A stretch of 64,000 bases of DNA from Microcystaceae cyanobacterium (GCA_041746575.1 JBGTGT010000028.1:20523-84522); one strand, 5' to 3'; positions 8,895 through 20,048 are shown, numbered from the stretch's first letter. A program made the numbers and translations. The notes: generated by a model from the sequence alone, not told the origin.

Positions 8895-11519
8895 TTATAT
8901 TTCTGAAATCGGTCGCTCGGAAAACATCCGATTGGCGGTGACTACTCGATCTCTGCCTTCTTTTTTAGCACAATACAATGCTAAATCAGCAATATGAAGC
9001 ATATCTTGTTCTGTTTTGCCATAATCAGGAAAACTAGCCACCCCAAAGGAGGCAGTAATTTCTCCTAAGTTGTGCTGATGAAAGCGAAGGGCAAGGTGCT
9101 TAATTCCTAATCTTAGCTGTTCGGCGCGATCAGCCGCCTGTTCGAGGTTCGCTTCCGGCAAAACGACGGTTAATTCTTCACCGCCAAAACGACAAGCTAT
9201 ATCGGATTTTCTGATATTTTGTTGCAGAAATTCTCCCAATTTGCGAAGAACTAAATCGCCGGCCGCATGACCAAAGCTGTCATTAATTTGCTTAAAATGA
9301 TCAATATCAATCATAATTACAGAAACGGGTTTGCGAGTGCGTTGGGAACGAGACAATTCTTGACTTAATGACATTTCTAAATAACGACGATTATATAGAT
9401 GGGTTAAGGGATCGCGAATGGCTTCCTGTTTCAATTTTTCTCGTAATTTAAGATTCGCGAAGGTCATGGCGATATTTTCGGCAGCAATTAAGGAAAATTG
9501 CCGTTGATTTTCGGTAAAATAGGGTTTTTTAGTGCGTTCTCGATGGAGAGAGAGCAAGCCAAAACATTCTCCTTGTCCGTTGAGCGGCAGACAGAGGGTT
9601 TCTAAATGGCTCAAATCCATGCCATTTTGATGCTGACAGGGTAAGGTATTAGGATCAAGATTCCAGTGTAGATAACCGCATCTTAATGACCAACAATCTT
9701 GAAAACCTAGAATATTTTTATCACTCCTATCTTTGCCCCAGCAAATCAAATTTTCTAAAATTTGGCTATTTTCGATCATGAGGTATAAATTTCCTGATAA
9801 ATGCTCAAATAATCGGGGAATTTGCTGTTTCAATACCTGATAGGCTTCTTCTATTGATAAACAAGCCTGTAATAATTTTACAATTGTATTTAATTGGGCA
9901 ATTTCTTGATTCTTTTGCTCTAACTCTCGAATAGTCGCTTTTAACTGATGATTGGTTTGCTTAAGTTCTCTTTCTACTTTAATACGTTTACTGATATCGG
10001 TAGCAGTGATCACAAACCCCATACAGTGAATTTCTTGACTCAGAATGACATCAATTTGGAGCGAAATTTGTTTTTGCTGACGTTTTCCTAAATTTAAACT
10101 CAATTCTCCCTGCTGAGATTGCTGATGACTTTTGATGGTGGTTAACATCTGATTAAATCGCTGAACATCTTGCCCTCGAAATAAAGACGCTAAACCCCCC
10201 ATTTGATTTATTTCTTGAGTCGAATAACCAAAAAGACAAATAAATGCGGGATTGTGATACATAGACTGCCCATGAATATTTAAAATTCCCACTGCTTCCC
10301 CAGAACTTTCCACTGCTTGGGTAACTTTTAGTAATTCATCTTCTAGTTGTTTATGTTCACTGATATCCACGCAAGAGCCAATAAAGCCTAAAAATTCTCC
10401 TTCTGGCGTAAGACGGGGAACACCTCGGTTAAATAACCACTGATAGCCTTTGTGAGGGTGTTTGAAGCGAAATTGTAACTGAAATTCTGCTTTTTCGGCG
10501 ATCGCTTCTTTATAAGTCTTCAAATAGTTGTGATAATCATCGGGATGTATATTTTTAAGCCATTTTGAGCCGATAATTTTTGGGGAAATTGTCCCGTTTA
10601 TTTTTGCCCAACCTTGATTAACAAAAGTCAGCTTTCCTTGTTGATTGGTTACCCAAATTAACATAGGTGCATGGTCGGCCATTAGGCGAAATCGAGATTC
10701 GCTTTCAGCTAAATTTGCTTGTATTTTTTGTTCTGTTGTTATATCTCGCAAAGAAGCTAAATAGGCAGTTGTTTGCTCCCAGTTAATTTCCGAAACTCGC
10801 ATTTGTGCTATAATAAATGTGCCATCAGGACGGTGTAATCGAACTTCTGTAATCCCATTACTAATGGGATAACCAAAATCGTAGTCCTGTAAATCTTCGG
10901 CAGAACGACCAAACAGTGTAGCAGCAGCCTTATTCACAAAATAGATTTTGCCTTGACGACTAAGAATGAGAATACCATCCGCTACCTGTTGTAAAATATT
11001 TTCTAGAAAAGTTTTTTGGTTTTTTAAATGAGTTTGTTGCTCATAAGATGCTGTAACATCTTGAATTTGAATTAAAATGCGTTGGGGGGAAATAAAAATA
11101 TAATTAATTAAAAAATATTGCGGTTTCTGATTAATAGGATGATCGTAGCATTCTTGAACCTTTCGGGATTTTTTTTCTCGCCAACATTGCCAGATATTCG
11201 CTTCAATATTAAAATTAGCAGGATAAGTTTGCCCTAATGTTTGACCCATTTTTAGGCAATGATGCCAATTGATCTCGGCTTGTGCCGATTCGTTATAGTT
11301 TTCAAGCCTGAAATGCTCCCCATCATAATGCCATGTATAACTGGGTAAGGGCAGTTGTTGATATTGCTCTTGTAGAGCTAAGATGAGGTGTTGATTTTGA
11401 TGGAGTTTTTGTTGCAAACATTGATTCTCTGCTACAATCTGAGATAATCGCTGTTCAATGCTCTCATCTGGGATTAGATCGTTATAATAGCTAAGAATCG
11501 GGGTATCAGAAGAATTCAT
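8895..11519 (-). CDS. PAS/PAC-GAF-GGDEF diguanylate cyclase
   Basis: Several PAS segments (SLRDIT, IHPDD, GSCVDIS), a GAF-like region, DPLTHLYNRR, DIDHFK, RKSD I-site and RFGGEEL. Confidence 0.9.
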   Translation of the reverse strand: MNSSDTPILSYYNDLIPDESIEQRLSQIVAENQCLQQKLHQNQHLILALQEQYQQLPLPSYTWHYDGEHFRLENYNESAQAEINWHHCLKMGQTLGQTYPANFNIEANIWQCWREKKSRKVQECYDHPINQKPQYFLINYIFISPQRILIQIQDVTASYEQQTHLKNQKTFLENILQQVADGILILSRQGKIYFVNKAAATLFGRSAEDLQDYDFGYPISNGITEVRLHRPDGTFIIAQMRVSEINWEQTTAYLASLRDITTEQKIQANLAESESRFRLMADHAPMLIWVTNQQGKLTFVNQGWAKINGTISPKIIGSKWLKNIHPDDYHNYLKTYKEAIAEKAEFQLQFRFKHPHKGYQWLFNRGVPRLTPEGEFLGFIGSCVDISEHKQLEDELLKVTQAVESSGEAVGILNIHGQSMYHNPAFICLFGYSTQEINQMGGLASLFRGQDVQRFNQMLTTIKSHQQSQQGELSLNLGKRQQKQISLQIDVILSQEIHCMGFVITATDISKRIKVERELKQTNHQLKATIRELEQKNQEIAQLNTIVKLLQACLSIEEAYQVLKQQIPRLFEHLSGNLYLMIENSQILENLICWGKDRSDKNILGFQDCWSLRCGYLHWNLDPNTLPCQHQNGMDLSHLETLCLPLNGQGECFGLLSLHRERTKKPYFTENQRQFSLIAAENIAMTFANLKLREKLKQEAIRDPLTHLYNRRYLEMSLSQELSRSQRTRKPVSVIMIDIDHFKQINDSFGHAAGDLVLRKLGEFLQQNIRKSDIACRFGGEELTVVLPEANLEQAADRAEQLRLGIKHLALRFHQHNLGEITASFGVASFPDYGKTEQDMLHIADLALYCAKKEGRDRVVTANRMFSERPISEI

Positions 11520-11786
11520 AGATTAACCCGATGAGAGATTAGAAAATCATCATATCTTAGATACTAACTTATTCTCTCGGCAGGTAAGGCTCAAGTTGTA
11601 TTAAAACTTCATCTATCCTAGGGATGAAATTAGCCCCTAAATAAAAATGATAAAATCAATGGGTTAACCAAACTGTTTTCTCGCTATCCTGTTTTAAACT
11701 GGAGAGTAACTGACGGTGGGCAGACCATTCAATAAATAAGCGTTTATGGTAAGCTTGAGAAACCAAGCCATTAAACTTTAAGATGG

Positions 11787-13178
11787 ATGAATCATCCCTT
11801 GGCTTCAGAACGTTCTCTCTATCAACTGACTCAGCACCACGACGCTGCCCCGAAGGCGTTGACGATTCGGATTAAGACCTTTCAAGGACTGATCAGAACT
11901 TCAATAGACTTTTTGCGAGAAAAACCCATAAGAGCGACACTCTGGGTTAAATTGCCGTCTAATCCCCAATGGTTGAGCGAAATTGAAGCTTATCATGACC
12001 AAGGACTGGCTGATGCCGTATATCTATGCCAAGTGAGCAAAAGCAGTGGTCAAACGGAACAAACCCCCTTAACCCTTGATCCTCCGTGGTTTCCCGTCAC
12101 TCTAGAAGCGAGTTCCCAACTCAAGCGAGAATATTTTCTGATTATTGTCTCTCCTCATTTTTGTAGCTTACTTTTAGCCGTAAAAACTTCATCTACGACG
12201 GTAGAAAAGGAGCAAAAAGCGCAAAGTCCAGGACTGAAGTTGTTATATAGCTTTAATCCTGCCTTAATTGCCACTGTCATTCAGGGAATTAAAGAAGATA
12301 TTACCATTACGGATCATATCCCTGATGCCTTGTTAAGTGATGAAGTCGCTCCTTACCCCTTGCCTTTGTCTCCCGATGGCGACTTAATGGCCGAGTTACT
12401 GCGACGACAGATCGATCAAACAGAACATTTATGGACGAATGCCATGCCGGATGAAGACTTAGCGGCTACTTCGTCCCAAATTTCTCCTATGATTGGCTTT
12501 AATGAGGCATTTGTGCAAGGATTAGCGCGAGAATTGAGTGTTCCTTTAACAAATCTTAAAACAGCTTTACGTTTATTGGAGTCGATGCAACACAAACGGG
12601 AACAACGGGGTCGTTATTTGGAGATGATTCAACGGGAATGCGATCGCCAAAATGCCCTACTCTCCAGTGTTCAAGAACTCATTCAAAGCAATCAACCCAT
12701 CTCCCCGTCAGAAAGTGCCGTGAAAATTGAAGACGTTATTCCCCCCATTGTTAGCACATATCAACCGATTGCGGCAGAAAAGGGAATTTCCTTGGGTTAT
12801 ACCCTGGCAACGGGTTTACCCCCAGTGACCTGCCATCGTAAGTGGTTGAGTCAAATTCTGCGTCATTTACTCAGTAATAGCCTCAAATTTACGGGCGATC
12901 AAGGTAGAATTTACGTAGAAGCCAGCTTAAATAACGAAAGAGTCAAGTTAGTCATTAGCGACACAGGCATCGGGATTGAACAAAGCGATTTATCCAAAAT
13001 TTATCAAATGTTTTATCGAGGGCGCAATACTATCAATGACGAAATCATGGGAGCAGGTTTAGGGTTAACTCTTGTCAAATCGTTAGTCGAGGCTTGTGAC
13101 GGAGCGATCGAGGTATCAAGTCAGATCGGCAAAGGAACCCGCTTTACGGTGACCTTACCCTCAGTCAATTGTGAATAA
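11787..13178 (+). CDS. DICT-sensor histidine-kinase-like ATPase lacking the H-box His
   Basis: HATPase motifs LLSNSLKFT, DTGIGI, GAGLGL and GTRFTVTLP; H-box reads ARELSVPLT; DICT-like REYFLIIVSPHFCSLLLA. Confidence 0.8.
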   Translation: MNHPLASERSLYQLTQHHDAAPKALTIRIKTFQGLIRTSIDFLREKPIRATLWVKLPSNPQWLSEIEAYHDQGLADAVYLCQVSKSSGQTEQTPLTLDPPWFPVTLEASSQLKREYFLIIVSPHFCSLLLAVKTSSTTVEKEQKAQSPGLKLLYSFNPALIATVIQGIKEDITITDHIPDALLSDEVAPYPLPLSPDGDLMAELLRRQIDQTEHLWTNAMPDEDLAATSSQISPMIGFNEAFVQGLARELSVPLTNLKTALRLLESMQHKREQRGRYLEMIQRECDRQNALLSSVQELIQSNQPISPSESAVKIEDVIPPIVSTYQPIAAEKGISLGYTLATGLPPVTCHRKWLSQILRHLLSNSLKFTGDQGRIYVEASLNNERVKLVISDTGIGIEQSDLSKIYQMFYRGRNTINDEIMGAGLGLTLVKSLVEACDGAIEVSSQIGKGTRFTVTLPSVNCE

Positions 13179-13348
13179 AATTTCAACTGAATTAGCCCAA
13201 TTTTTTGCTCAAAATCTCTTTTTCGAGAGCCATTAAGGAGATAAGGCAATCGGTCATAAAAATTCATCATTGTTAAGAAGTCTAGTCCCAAAAAGCTTGT
13301 TACCCTAAAAGCAGAAAGGTCATTGTGACCCATCATGAGGACAAGCTT

Positions 13349-13990
13349 ATGACCGATATCCTTGTTGATCGTATAGAGGCAGGTCGAAAATTAACGCAAC
13401 AACTGCTGAAGTATCAAGATCATCCTCACGGATTGGTGTTAGCGTTGCCGAGAGGAGGCGTTCCCGTAGCCTTTGAAATTGCGATAGGATTACATCTTCC
13501 GCTTGATGTGTATCTGGTTCGTAAATTGGGGATGCCCCATCGACCTGAATTAGCCATGGGAGCAATTGCCGTTTCAGGAATTCAAGTGATTAACCAAGAA
13601 TTAGTAGATTGGCTCAATATTTCTCAAGAAACCTTTGATAAAGTCGTCGAACAGGAAAAACAAGAACTTGAACGGCGAAATTTGTGCTACCGAGGCCAAA
13701 AACCCTTTCCTCTGTTAAGCGATCGCACAATTATTTTAGTAGATGATGGTATTGCTACTGGATCCACGATCAAAGCCGCTATTTTAGCAATAAAACAGCA
13801 AAAACCCGAGAAAATTGTGGTTGCTGTCCCGGTGGTTTCTCCCTCCCTTTATCAATCCCTATCAGGGGAGGTCGACGAAGTAGTTTGTTTAATCCAACCT
13901 GAACCCTTGAACTCGATTAGTTTATGGTACGAAGATTTCGGCCAAACCTCAGATGAGGAAGTCTGTCGTCTGTTAGCCGTCGATCGTTAA
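13349..13990 (+). CDS. Phosphoribosyltransferase-family protein
   Basis: LALPRGGVPVA, VRKLG and ILVDDGIATGST PRPP-binding loop. Confidence 0.88.
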   Translation: MTDILVDRIEAGRKLTQQLLKYQDHPHGLVLALPRGGVPVAFEIAIGLHLPLDVYLVRKLGMPHRPELAMGAIAVSGIQVINQELVDWLNISQETFDKVVEQEKQELERRNLCYRGQKPFPLLSDRTIILVDDGIATGSTIKAAILAIKQQKPEKIVVAVPVVSPSLYQSLSGEVDEVVCLIQPEPLNSISLWYEDFGQTSDEEVCRLLAVDR

Positions 13991-14021
13991 ATTTCTTGAT
14001 TCCCAACTCCTCAATCTCGAT

Positions 14022-15905
14022 ATGAACAATTCCCCGTCTTCTCCCTCCTCCTCTCCCTCTTGGAGACGTACCCTCATTATCCTTTTTCTGTGGTTAATCA
14101 TTCTTAATTTCTTCTTCTCCCAAGGGGTAGAACAAACCCTGATTCCCTACAGTCAATTTATTAACCAAGTAGAAGCTAATCAAGTAGCCAGCGTAAAAAT
14201 TGGGCAAGATCAGCTACAATATCGCCTCAAACCTGATCTCAATCTAGATCATCCTGAAGCCATTTGGGTAACCCTACCCGTTCCTGATAACGAATTATTA
14301 AACCGTTTAAAATCTCATAATATCGAATTTTCTGCTTTACCTCCCAGTGGAACAGCTTGGATCGCCACCTTATTGAGTTGGCTAATTCCCCCTTTAATTT
14401 TTGTGGGGATTTGGCTTTGGTTTTTGAATCGTTCTCAAGGGGAAACCCGCTCTTCTTGGGCAGTCGGCAAAAGTAAAGCCCGAATCTATGCAGAAGGAAC
14501 CACAGGTGTGCGCTTTAGCGACGTGGCAGGAGTAGATGAGGCAAAACTAGAATTGAAGGAAATTGTAGATTTGTTTAAAAATACAGAAAAATATACAAGC
14601 TTAGGAGCAAAAATCCCCAAAGGTATCCTTTTAGTCGGCCCGCCCGGAACGGGCAAAACCCTGTTAGCTAGAGCGATCGCCGGTGAAGCGTCTGTTCCCT
14701 TTCTCAGTATTTCAGGTTCAGAATTTATTGAATTATTCGTCGGTGTCGGGGCATCAAGAGTGAGGGATTTATTTGAGCAAGCGAAACAACAAGCTCCCTG
14801 TATTATCTTTATTGATGAATTAGATGCGTTAGGCAAAACAAGGGGAAATGCCAATAGTCTTTTCGGGGGCAACGACGAGCGAGAACAAACCCTCAATCAA
14901 TTATTGTCTGAAATGGACGGATTTACCCCCAACAACGGCATTATTCTCTTAGCGGCAACCAATCGCCCCGAAGTTTTAGATCCAGCCTTATTGCGCCCTG
15001 GCCGTTTTGATCGTCAAATTGTCGTTGATCGCCCCGATAAACTCGGACGAGAAGCGATTCTCAATGTTCACGCCCGAAACGTCAAATTAGCTGAAGATGT
15101 AGATTTAAGTTGGTTAGCCGCCCGAACTCCCGGTTTTGCAGGGGCAGACTTAGCCAATCTGATCAATGAAGCCGCCTTATTAGCCGCAAGACAAAATCGA
15201 GAAGCGGTGAGGATGGAAGATTTTAATCAGGCAATTGAACGACTATTAACAGGATTAGCAAAAAAATCAAGAGTTTTGAATGAAATTGAGAAAAAAACAG
15301 TAGCCCATCATGAAGTCGGTCATGCCTTAATTGGAGCATTAATGCCCGGTGCAGGAACAGTAGAAAAAATTTCAATTGTACCGCGAGGAATAGGAGCATT
15401 GGGTTATACCTTACAGTTACCCGAAGAAGACCGTTTTCTAATGCTAGAAGACGAAATTCGTGGCAGAATTGCTACCCTTTTAGGGGGGAGAGCGGCAGAA
15501 ACCCTGATTTTTCATAAAGTGTCGACGGGGGCAAGTGATGATATTCAAAAAGCCACTGATTTAGCGGAACGATTTATTACCTTATACGGCATGAGTCAAA
15601 CCTTGGGGCCAATTGCTTACGAAAAGCAACAACAACCGTTTATGGATTCTATGGTGAATCCTCGTCGTGTTGTCAGTCCTAAAATAGCGGAAAGTATTGA
15701 TATGGAAGTTAAACAATTAATAAATGAAGCTTACGATATGTGTTTACAGGTTTTACGTCAAAATCAAACCCTATTAGAAAAGATGGCCCAAATTCTTTTA
15801 GAAAAAGAAGTATTAGAGGGAAAAACTTTACAAGACTATTTACAAAAAGTACAGCCACCCTTAGGAATAGAAAAATGGCTTTTAGGAGAATCTGTGAAAC
15901 AATAG
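14022..15905 (+). CDS. ftsH: ATP-dependent zinc metalloprotease FtsH (FtsH4-like group)
   Basis: Two TM segments, [25 protein letters not shown] and HEVGH zinc motif. Confidence 0.95.
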   Translation: MNNSPSSPSSSPSWRRTLIILFLWLIILNFFFSQGVEQTLIPYSQFINQVEANQVASVKIGQDQLQYRLKPDLNLDHPEAIWVTLPVPDNELLNRLKSHNIEFSALPPSGTAWIATLLSWLIPPLIFVGIWLWFLNRSQGETRSSWAVGKSKARIYAEGTTGVRFSDVAGVDEAKLELKEIVDLFKNTEKYTSLGAKIPKGILLVGPPGTGKTLLARAIAGEASVPFLSISGSEFIELFVGVGASRVRDLFEQAKQQAPCIIFIDELDALGKTRGNANSLFGGNDEREQTLNQLLSEMDGFTPNNGIILLAATNRPEVLDPALLRPGRFDRQIVVDRPDKLGREAILNVHARNVKLAEDVDLSWLAARTPGFAGADLANLINEAALLAARQNREAVRMEDFNQAIERLLTGLAKKSRVLNEIEKKTVAHHEVGHALIGALMPGAGTVEKISIVPRGIGALGYTLQLPEEDRFLMLEDEIRGRIATLLGGRAAETLIFHKVSTGASDDIQKATDLAERFITLYGMSQTLGPIAYEKQQQPFMDSMVNPRRVVSPKIAESIDMEVKQLINEAYDMCLQVLRQNQTLLEKMAQILLEKEVLEGKTLQDYLQKVQPPLGIEKWLLGESVKQ

Positions 15906-16048
15906 GAGGGTTCTTGAATTGTTGTTTTTTGAAATTCTTCGATAAATTTTTAACTCATGATTATCCTCATTTATATTTCACGCCAATGACACGCAATTGT
16001 CATCTCTTTTTGCCATCATCAAGGGAGACAAGAAAGGAGGTAAAAGTT

Positions 16049-16216
16049 ATGAAAACGTCTTGTTTTAAAGGATTTCTCCTATGCTCTTTTCTGCTTCTGA
16101 CGGTTTATCCAGCTTATAAAATAAAATCGGCTTTAGGGATTGATATTGTGCCCAATATTCATACACCTGATCTCATCAAAGGGACGGTCAAGGCGATCGC
16201 CCATCGAGTGAATTAA
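16049..16216 (+). CDS. Small hypothetical membrane protein (55 aa)
   Basis: AAAGGAGG RBS 8 nt before the ATG at 16049; MKTSCFKGFLLCSFLLLTVYPAYKIKSALGIDIVPNIHTPDLIKGTVKAIAHRVN has one hydrophobic helix. Confidence 0.65.
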   Translation: MKTSCFKGFLLCSFLLLTVYPAYKIKSALGIDIVPNIHTPDLIKGTVKAIAHRVN

Positions 16217-16225
16217 TATTACGCT

Positions 16226-16262
16226 AAAAATCGGAGATTAGGTTTGACATTAATCCCCGATT
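16226..16262 (-). terminator. Intrinsic terminator downstream of the methyltransferase
   Basis: Arms AATCGGAGATTA / TAATCCCCGATT (the mismatch is a G-U pair on the minus strand), followed by a U-run on the minus strand, between convergent genes. Confidence 0.55.
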
Positions 16263-16289
16263 CAAACTTAAATTAATAGGCCAATTCTT

Positions 16290-17375
16290 TTAACAAGGTT
16301 TACGAGCTATCCAATATTTGCTGACATGGTGATTTTTTACGTCAATCTGTTCAAACCCAGCAGTTTCTAAGCGTTTACCCAAATTATCTTGGATGTAATG
16401 ACGGTAATACGGCTCGTGAAAGATTTGATGAAAATGCTCCATCAAGGGCGCAAATTCGGGAGAGTCAATCATTTGCATAGAATCACAAATAATGAACACG
16501 CCCCCTTCTTTTGTGACGCGAAAACATTCATTAATGACATTTTGGCGCGCTTTTGGCGGCAATTCATGGAAGAGGAAAACGCTCACTACTCCTTCAAAAT
16601 AATGGTCTAAATAGGGCAGTTTTTCGGCATTACTTTGAATGAGTTGGGGTAAGGTTGCAGTCGTTTTTGATAAGAATTGATTGGCTTTGCGAAGATAGGT
16701 TGGAGATAAATCTACGCCAAAAAGAGCCGCTTTCGGTAGCATGGACTGAATCATACTGAGCGTTCGACCTGTCCCACAGGCAACATCTAAAATTCGAGGA
16801 AATGGCTCCTTAAAAGCCTTAATACCTTGTTTTAAGGGTTTCAGAATCCGCCGTCTCATGGCATCGGTTGTTCCATTAAACAGCAAATCTACCTGTAAGT
16901 CGTAAAGTTCTGCCGATTCGTCACTGAGGTAGCCGTTAGTTTGATAGTGGAAGTTTTGCCGATAATAGGCGGGATAAGGTGTTAATTCAATGTTTTCATC
17001 GAATTGGTGATAGATGCGTTGATTAACTCGATTCTGAATTTTTACTAAATCTAGCCAAATTTTGGGATAAGTCGGCAGATATTCATGCCAATACGTTTCA
17101 TACAACAGGCTTTCTGGGTAAATCTCCTCTTTTGCATCTTGCCAATCGAGTTCCTGTAATTGCACTTGTCGCTGTCTGATGGCAAGTAAGATGTCAGGAG
17201 AAAGGGAAGGCGTTTTTTCGTCGGTAGGAGGTGCAAGAAGCGTGCTAATTTGATTACTGAGGGTTTTGTGAGTGATGCTAAGGGTTCCTTTAATTTCTTG
17301 CAAACCCGTATAGGTGGCTTTCCCTAAGCTGTCGGGAATTGAGAATAAGTCCGTAAATGCAAAGGTTGACTGCAT
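16290..17375 (-). CDS. Class I SAM-dependent methyltransferase
   Basis: ILDVACGTG, GVDLSP and FLFHELP motifs; YYRQNFHYQTNGYLS is typical of a cyanobacterial UbiE-like family. Confidence 0.88.
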   Translation of the reverse strand: MQSTFAFTDLFSIPDSLGKATYTGLQEIKGTLSITHKTLSNQISTLLAPPTDEKTPSLSPDILLAIRQRQVQLQELDWQDAKEEIYPESLLYETYWHEYLPTYPKIWLDLVKIQNRVNQRIYHQFDENIELTPYPAYYRQNFHYQTNGYLSDESAELYDLQVDLLFNGTTDAMRRRILKPLKQGIKAFKEPFPRILDVACGTGRTLSMIQSMLPKAALFGVDLSPTYLRKANQFLSKTTATLPQLIQSNAEKLPYLDHYFEGVVSVFLFHELPPKARQNVINECFRVTKEGGVFIICDSMQMIDSPEFAPLMEHFHQIFHEPYYRHYIQDNLGKRLETAGFEQIDVKNHHVSKYWIARKPC

Positions 17376-17504
17376 AGCTGAAATAATGAATGTTAAGTTT
17401 TATGAATCCATTTTCCAGTATAAATATTTTTGATGAGGAGTGCTAAGGGCTGAAATCTCATCAGAATGTCTGGACACGATAGGCAGAAAATGCCTGATCA
17501 TGAG

Positions 17505-17762
17505 TCAATCAAATAAGCGAGTCAAAGCTCCGTCAGATTCGATAAAGTCGTGGGGAACGGTAAAGTGTCCCCCTAAACGTCTTGGAATTCGCTCTTGAAG
17601 TTGAGATTTTCGGTAAGGACTTAGCAACGCGACGAGTTTTCCTCGATTGGCAATAACAATTTCTTCTCCGCTTTCGACTCGTGCTAATAATTGCGACAGA
17701 TGAGTTTTTGCCTAAACTAAACTAAACATAGCGTAAATATTGACTGTTTTGCTTGAAGGGCA
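17505..17762 (-). pseudogene. Phd/YefM-family antitoxin pseudogene
   Basis: Manual translation ...KTVNIYA-MFSLV*-AKTHLSQLLARVESGEEIVIANRGKLVALLSPY...GHFTVPHDF...; the Phd motif is interrupted by 18 nt containing a stop, and there is no in-frame upstream start. Confidence 0.8.
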
Positions 17763-18749
17763 TTAACCCTCATTGAGCCATCTGACGGCGTCTTTGGCAT
17801 GATAGGTTAAAATTAAGTCTGCTCCTGCCCGTTTAAAGCTGATTAATGTCTCTAAGGTTACTTTTTTCTCGTCAATCCAGCCATTTAAAGCGGCGGCTTT
17901 AACCATGGAATATTCCCCTGACACATTGTAGGCGGCGACGGGTAGATTCGTGATTTCCTTCACCCGCCAAATAATATCCATGTAAGACAGCGCAGGTTTG
18001 ACCATTAACATATCTGCTCCTTCTACTATGTCTAATTCAACCTCTTTTAAGGCTTCTCGCCCATTTGCGGGATCCATTTGGTAGGTACGGCGATCGCCAA
18101 ATTGGGGGGAAGATTCGGCCGCATCCCGAAAGGGTCCATAATAAGCAGAGGCGTATTTAGCCGCGTAGGAAAGAATGGGGATATTTTCAAAACCTGCCTC
18201 ATCTAATCCTTGACGAATGGTTTGCACAAATCCGTCCATCATACCGGAGGGAGCAATAATGTCAGATCCTGCTTTTGCCTGAGAAACTGCTGTTTTCTTT
18301 AATAATTCCAAGGTTGGGTCGTTTAGTACCTGTCCTGTTAAGTCTCCTACTTCTAGATAACCACAATGACCATGAGATGTATATTCACACAAGCATGTGT
18401 CAGCAATCACGATTAAATCGGGTATCGCTTCTTTAATGGCTGTTGCCGCTTTTTGGACAATGCCACAATCATGCCATGCACCCGTTGCATCGGTGTCTTT
18501 ATCCGTCGGAATCCCAAAGAGAATAATGGCCGGAATGCCTAAATCATAGACTTCTTTGGCTTCTTCAACAATTTTATCCACAGAAAGTTGATACACCCCC
18601 GGCATCGAAATGACTTCTTTGGCAACGCTTTCTCCCGGAACGGCAAAAAGAGGATAAATAAGATCATCGGCAGTAAGGATGGTTTCTCGCACCATACGGC
18701 GCAATTGTGGCTGTTGACGCAAACGACGGGGACGATGAATAGGAAACAT
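17763..18749 (-). CDS. hemB: Porphobilinogen synthase (ALA dehydratase)
   Basis: [37 protein letters not shown] and MVKPAL motifs. Confidence 0.97.
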   Translation of the reverse strand: MFPIHRPRRLRQQPQLRRMVRETILTADDLIYPLFAVPGESVAKEVISMPGVYQLSVDKIVEEAKEVYDLGIPAIILFGIPTDKDTDATGAWHDCGIVQKAATAIKEAIPDLIVIADTCLCEYTSHGHCGYLEVGDLTGQVLNDPTLELLKKTAVSQAKAGSDIIAPSGMMDGFVQTIRQGLDEAGFENIPILSYAAKYASAYYGPFRDAAESSPQFGDRRTYQMDPANGREALKEVELDIVEGADMLMVKPALSYMDIIWRVKEITNLPVAAYNVSGEYSMVKAAALNGWIDEKKVTLETLISFKRAGADLILTYHAKDAVRWLNEG

Positions 18750-18923
18750 AAGAGGAATATTGATTTAACACATAGAATAAAGATATTAAGATAAGTTTAC
18801 GATGGAGGCGAATCTCTTGAGGCAAGAACGGGGATTTCCTCAATGTTTTGTAACGTTGCTCAAAAGAAATAAGGTTAACTTTATAACATCCCAAACTGGC
18901 AATTTATTTTATTTGAAACTATT

Positions 18924-19997
18924 TTAGAGGATTTGACGAATTTTTTCAGAATTTTCTAGTAATATTTGCGGATTTGCTTGGTTGGGTGAAGCTATATTCA
19001 ATTTTCCTTGAGCTTCTATGGTAATATTGGGATTGATGAGAAAATTACGACCCCTTTGGATAGTATCGGGATGAGCGTTCCAAATTTTGGCTAATTTTTC
19101 TCTAATGTTTTCAAATTCAGCAAAATCTTCAAAGTTAACTAAGGTAAAATAATGGGGAATTCCCTGCGTCATTACTTCAATGCCATAGACATCAAACTTT
19201 AATTGAGGACTTTGGGGAAATTTAACCAATTTTCCTAGTAAGGTTTGGTTTTTTCCTTGCCAATCTGCGATCGCCGTTAGAACTTCAAGAGGCTTTTCTA
19301 CTGTAAAATTAAACTGTAAATGGGTCGGTTCTTGGGGATTTGTCTGTAATTGGTAGTGGATGCGCACAATATCGCCCCGATATAAGGACTCGGTGAGTTG
19401 GGGCGTTGGCACAAAAATCGGCAAAATCGCATCTTCATATTCTACAACTAAGATTCGGCCGTGATCCTGCACGGTGTGGACTTTCCCGACTAGTTGGTTT
19501 TGTTGTTTTAAGCCGTCGGGAATGTCTTTTTGCCAATAATAGGTCGGAAATGAATCTAAACCTGACCAATGCTCTAAAATTTTCATAGATTTAACTAAAA
19601 TATGCGGTTGAGGACTGATATTATTGATTAATTGACCTTGAATACAAACTTGATCATGACGTTTCGCCGCAGAAAGTTGCTTTTGGATCGCTTCATTCAC
19701 CGCAATCAGGGAAAAATGCTGAAAATTAAAGAAATTATTGGGTTCTCGTACGGATAGGACATACATCTGAGAGGAAGAAACCGCACCATGGATCTCTCCG
19801 ACTAATCCTGTTTTCGTTAATTCTTGGGATAAGGTCGTTAAATTGAGACCTTCATACATACTTTCATGGTAATGGCAAGATTCTGCAAGGACGGACTGAC
19901 GCACTAAAACCGATAGCCCCAAAATGAGTAAACCACTTATTGCAGCCACAAGAAGCGATCGCCTCCCTTGATTCCACATATTTTTTTGACGTTTCAC
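18924..19997 (-). CDS. Hypothetical exported protein
   Basis: 357-aa ORF with an N-terminal basic plus hydrophobic signal-like segment; no recognised catalytic motif. Confidence 0.6.
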   Translation of the reverse strand: MKRQKNMWNQGRRSLLVAAISGLLILGLSVLVRQSVLAESCHYHESMYEGLNLTTLSQELTKTGLVGEIHGAVSSSQMYVLSVREPNNFFNFQHFSLIAVNEAIQKQLSAAKRHDQVCIQGQLINNISPQPHILVKSMKILEHWSGLDSFPTYYWQKDIPDGLKQQNQLVGKVHTVQDHGRILVVEYEDAILPIFVPTPQLTESLYRGDIVRIHYQLQTNPQEPTHLQFNFTVEKPLEVLTAIADWQGKNQTLLGKLVKFPQSPQLKFDVYGIEVMTQGIPHYFTLVNFEDFAEFENIREKLAKIWNAHPDTIQRGRNFLINPNITIEAQGKLNIASPNQANPQILLENSEKIRQIL

Positions 19998-20048
19998 GGT
20001 TGCTTCTTGAATTTTGCCGTCTTTTACGGAGATGATGTGCCGATTGCT

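Noticed and set aside
15740..16048. 5' extension of the 158-aa ORF 15740-16216
   Set aside because: Overlaps ftsH out of frame; the RBS supports the ATG at 16049.
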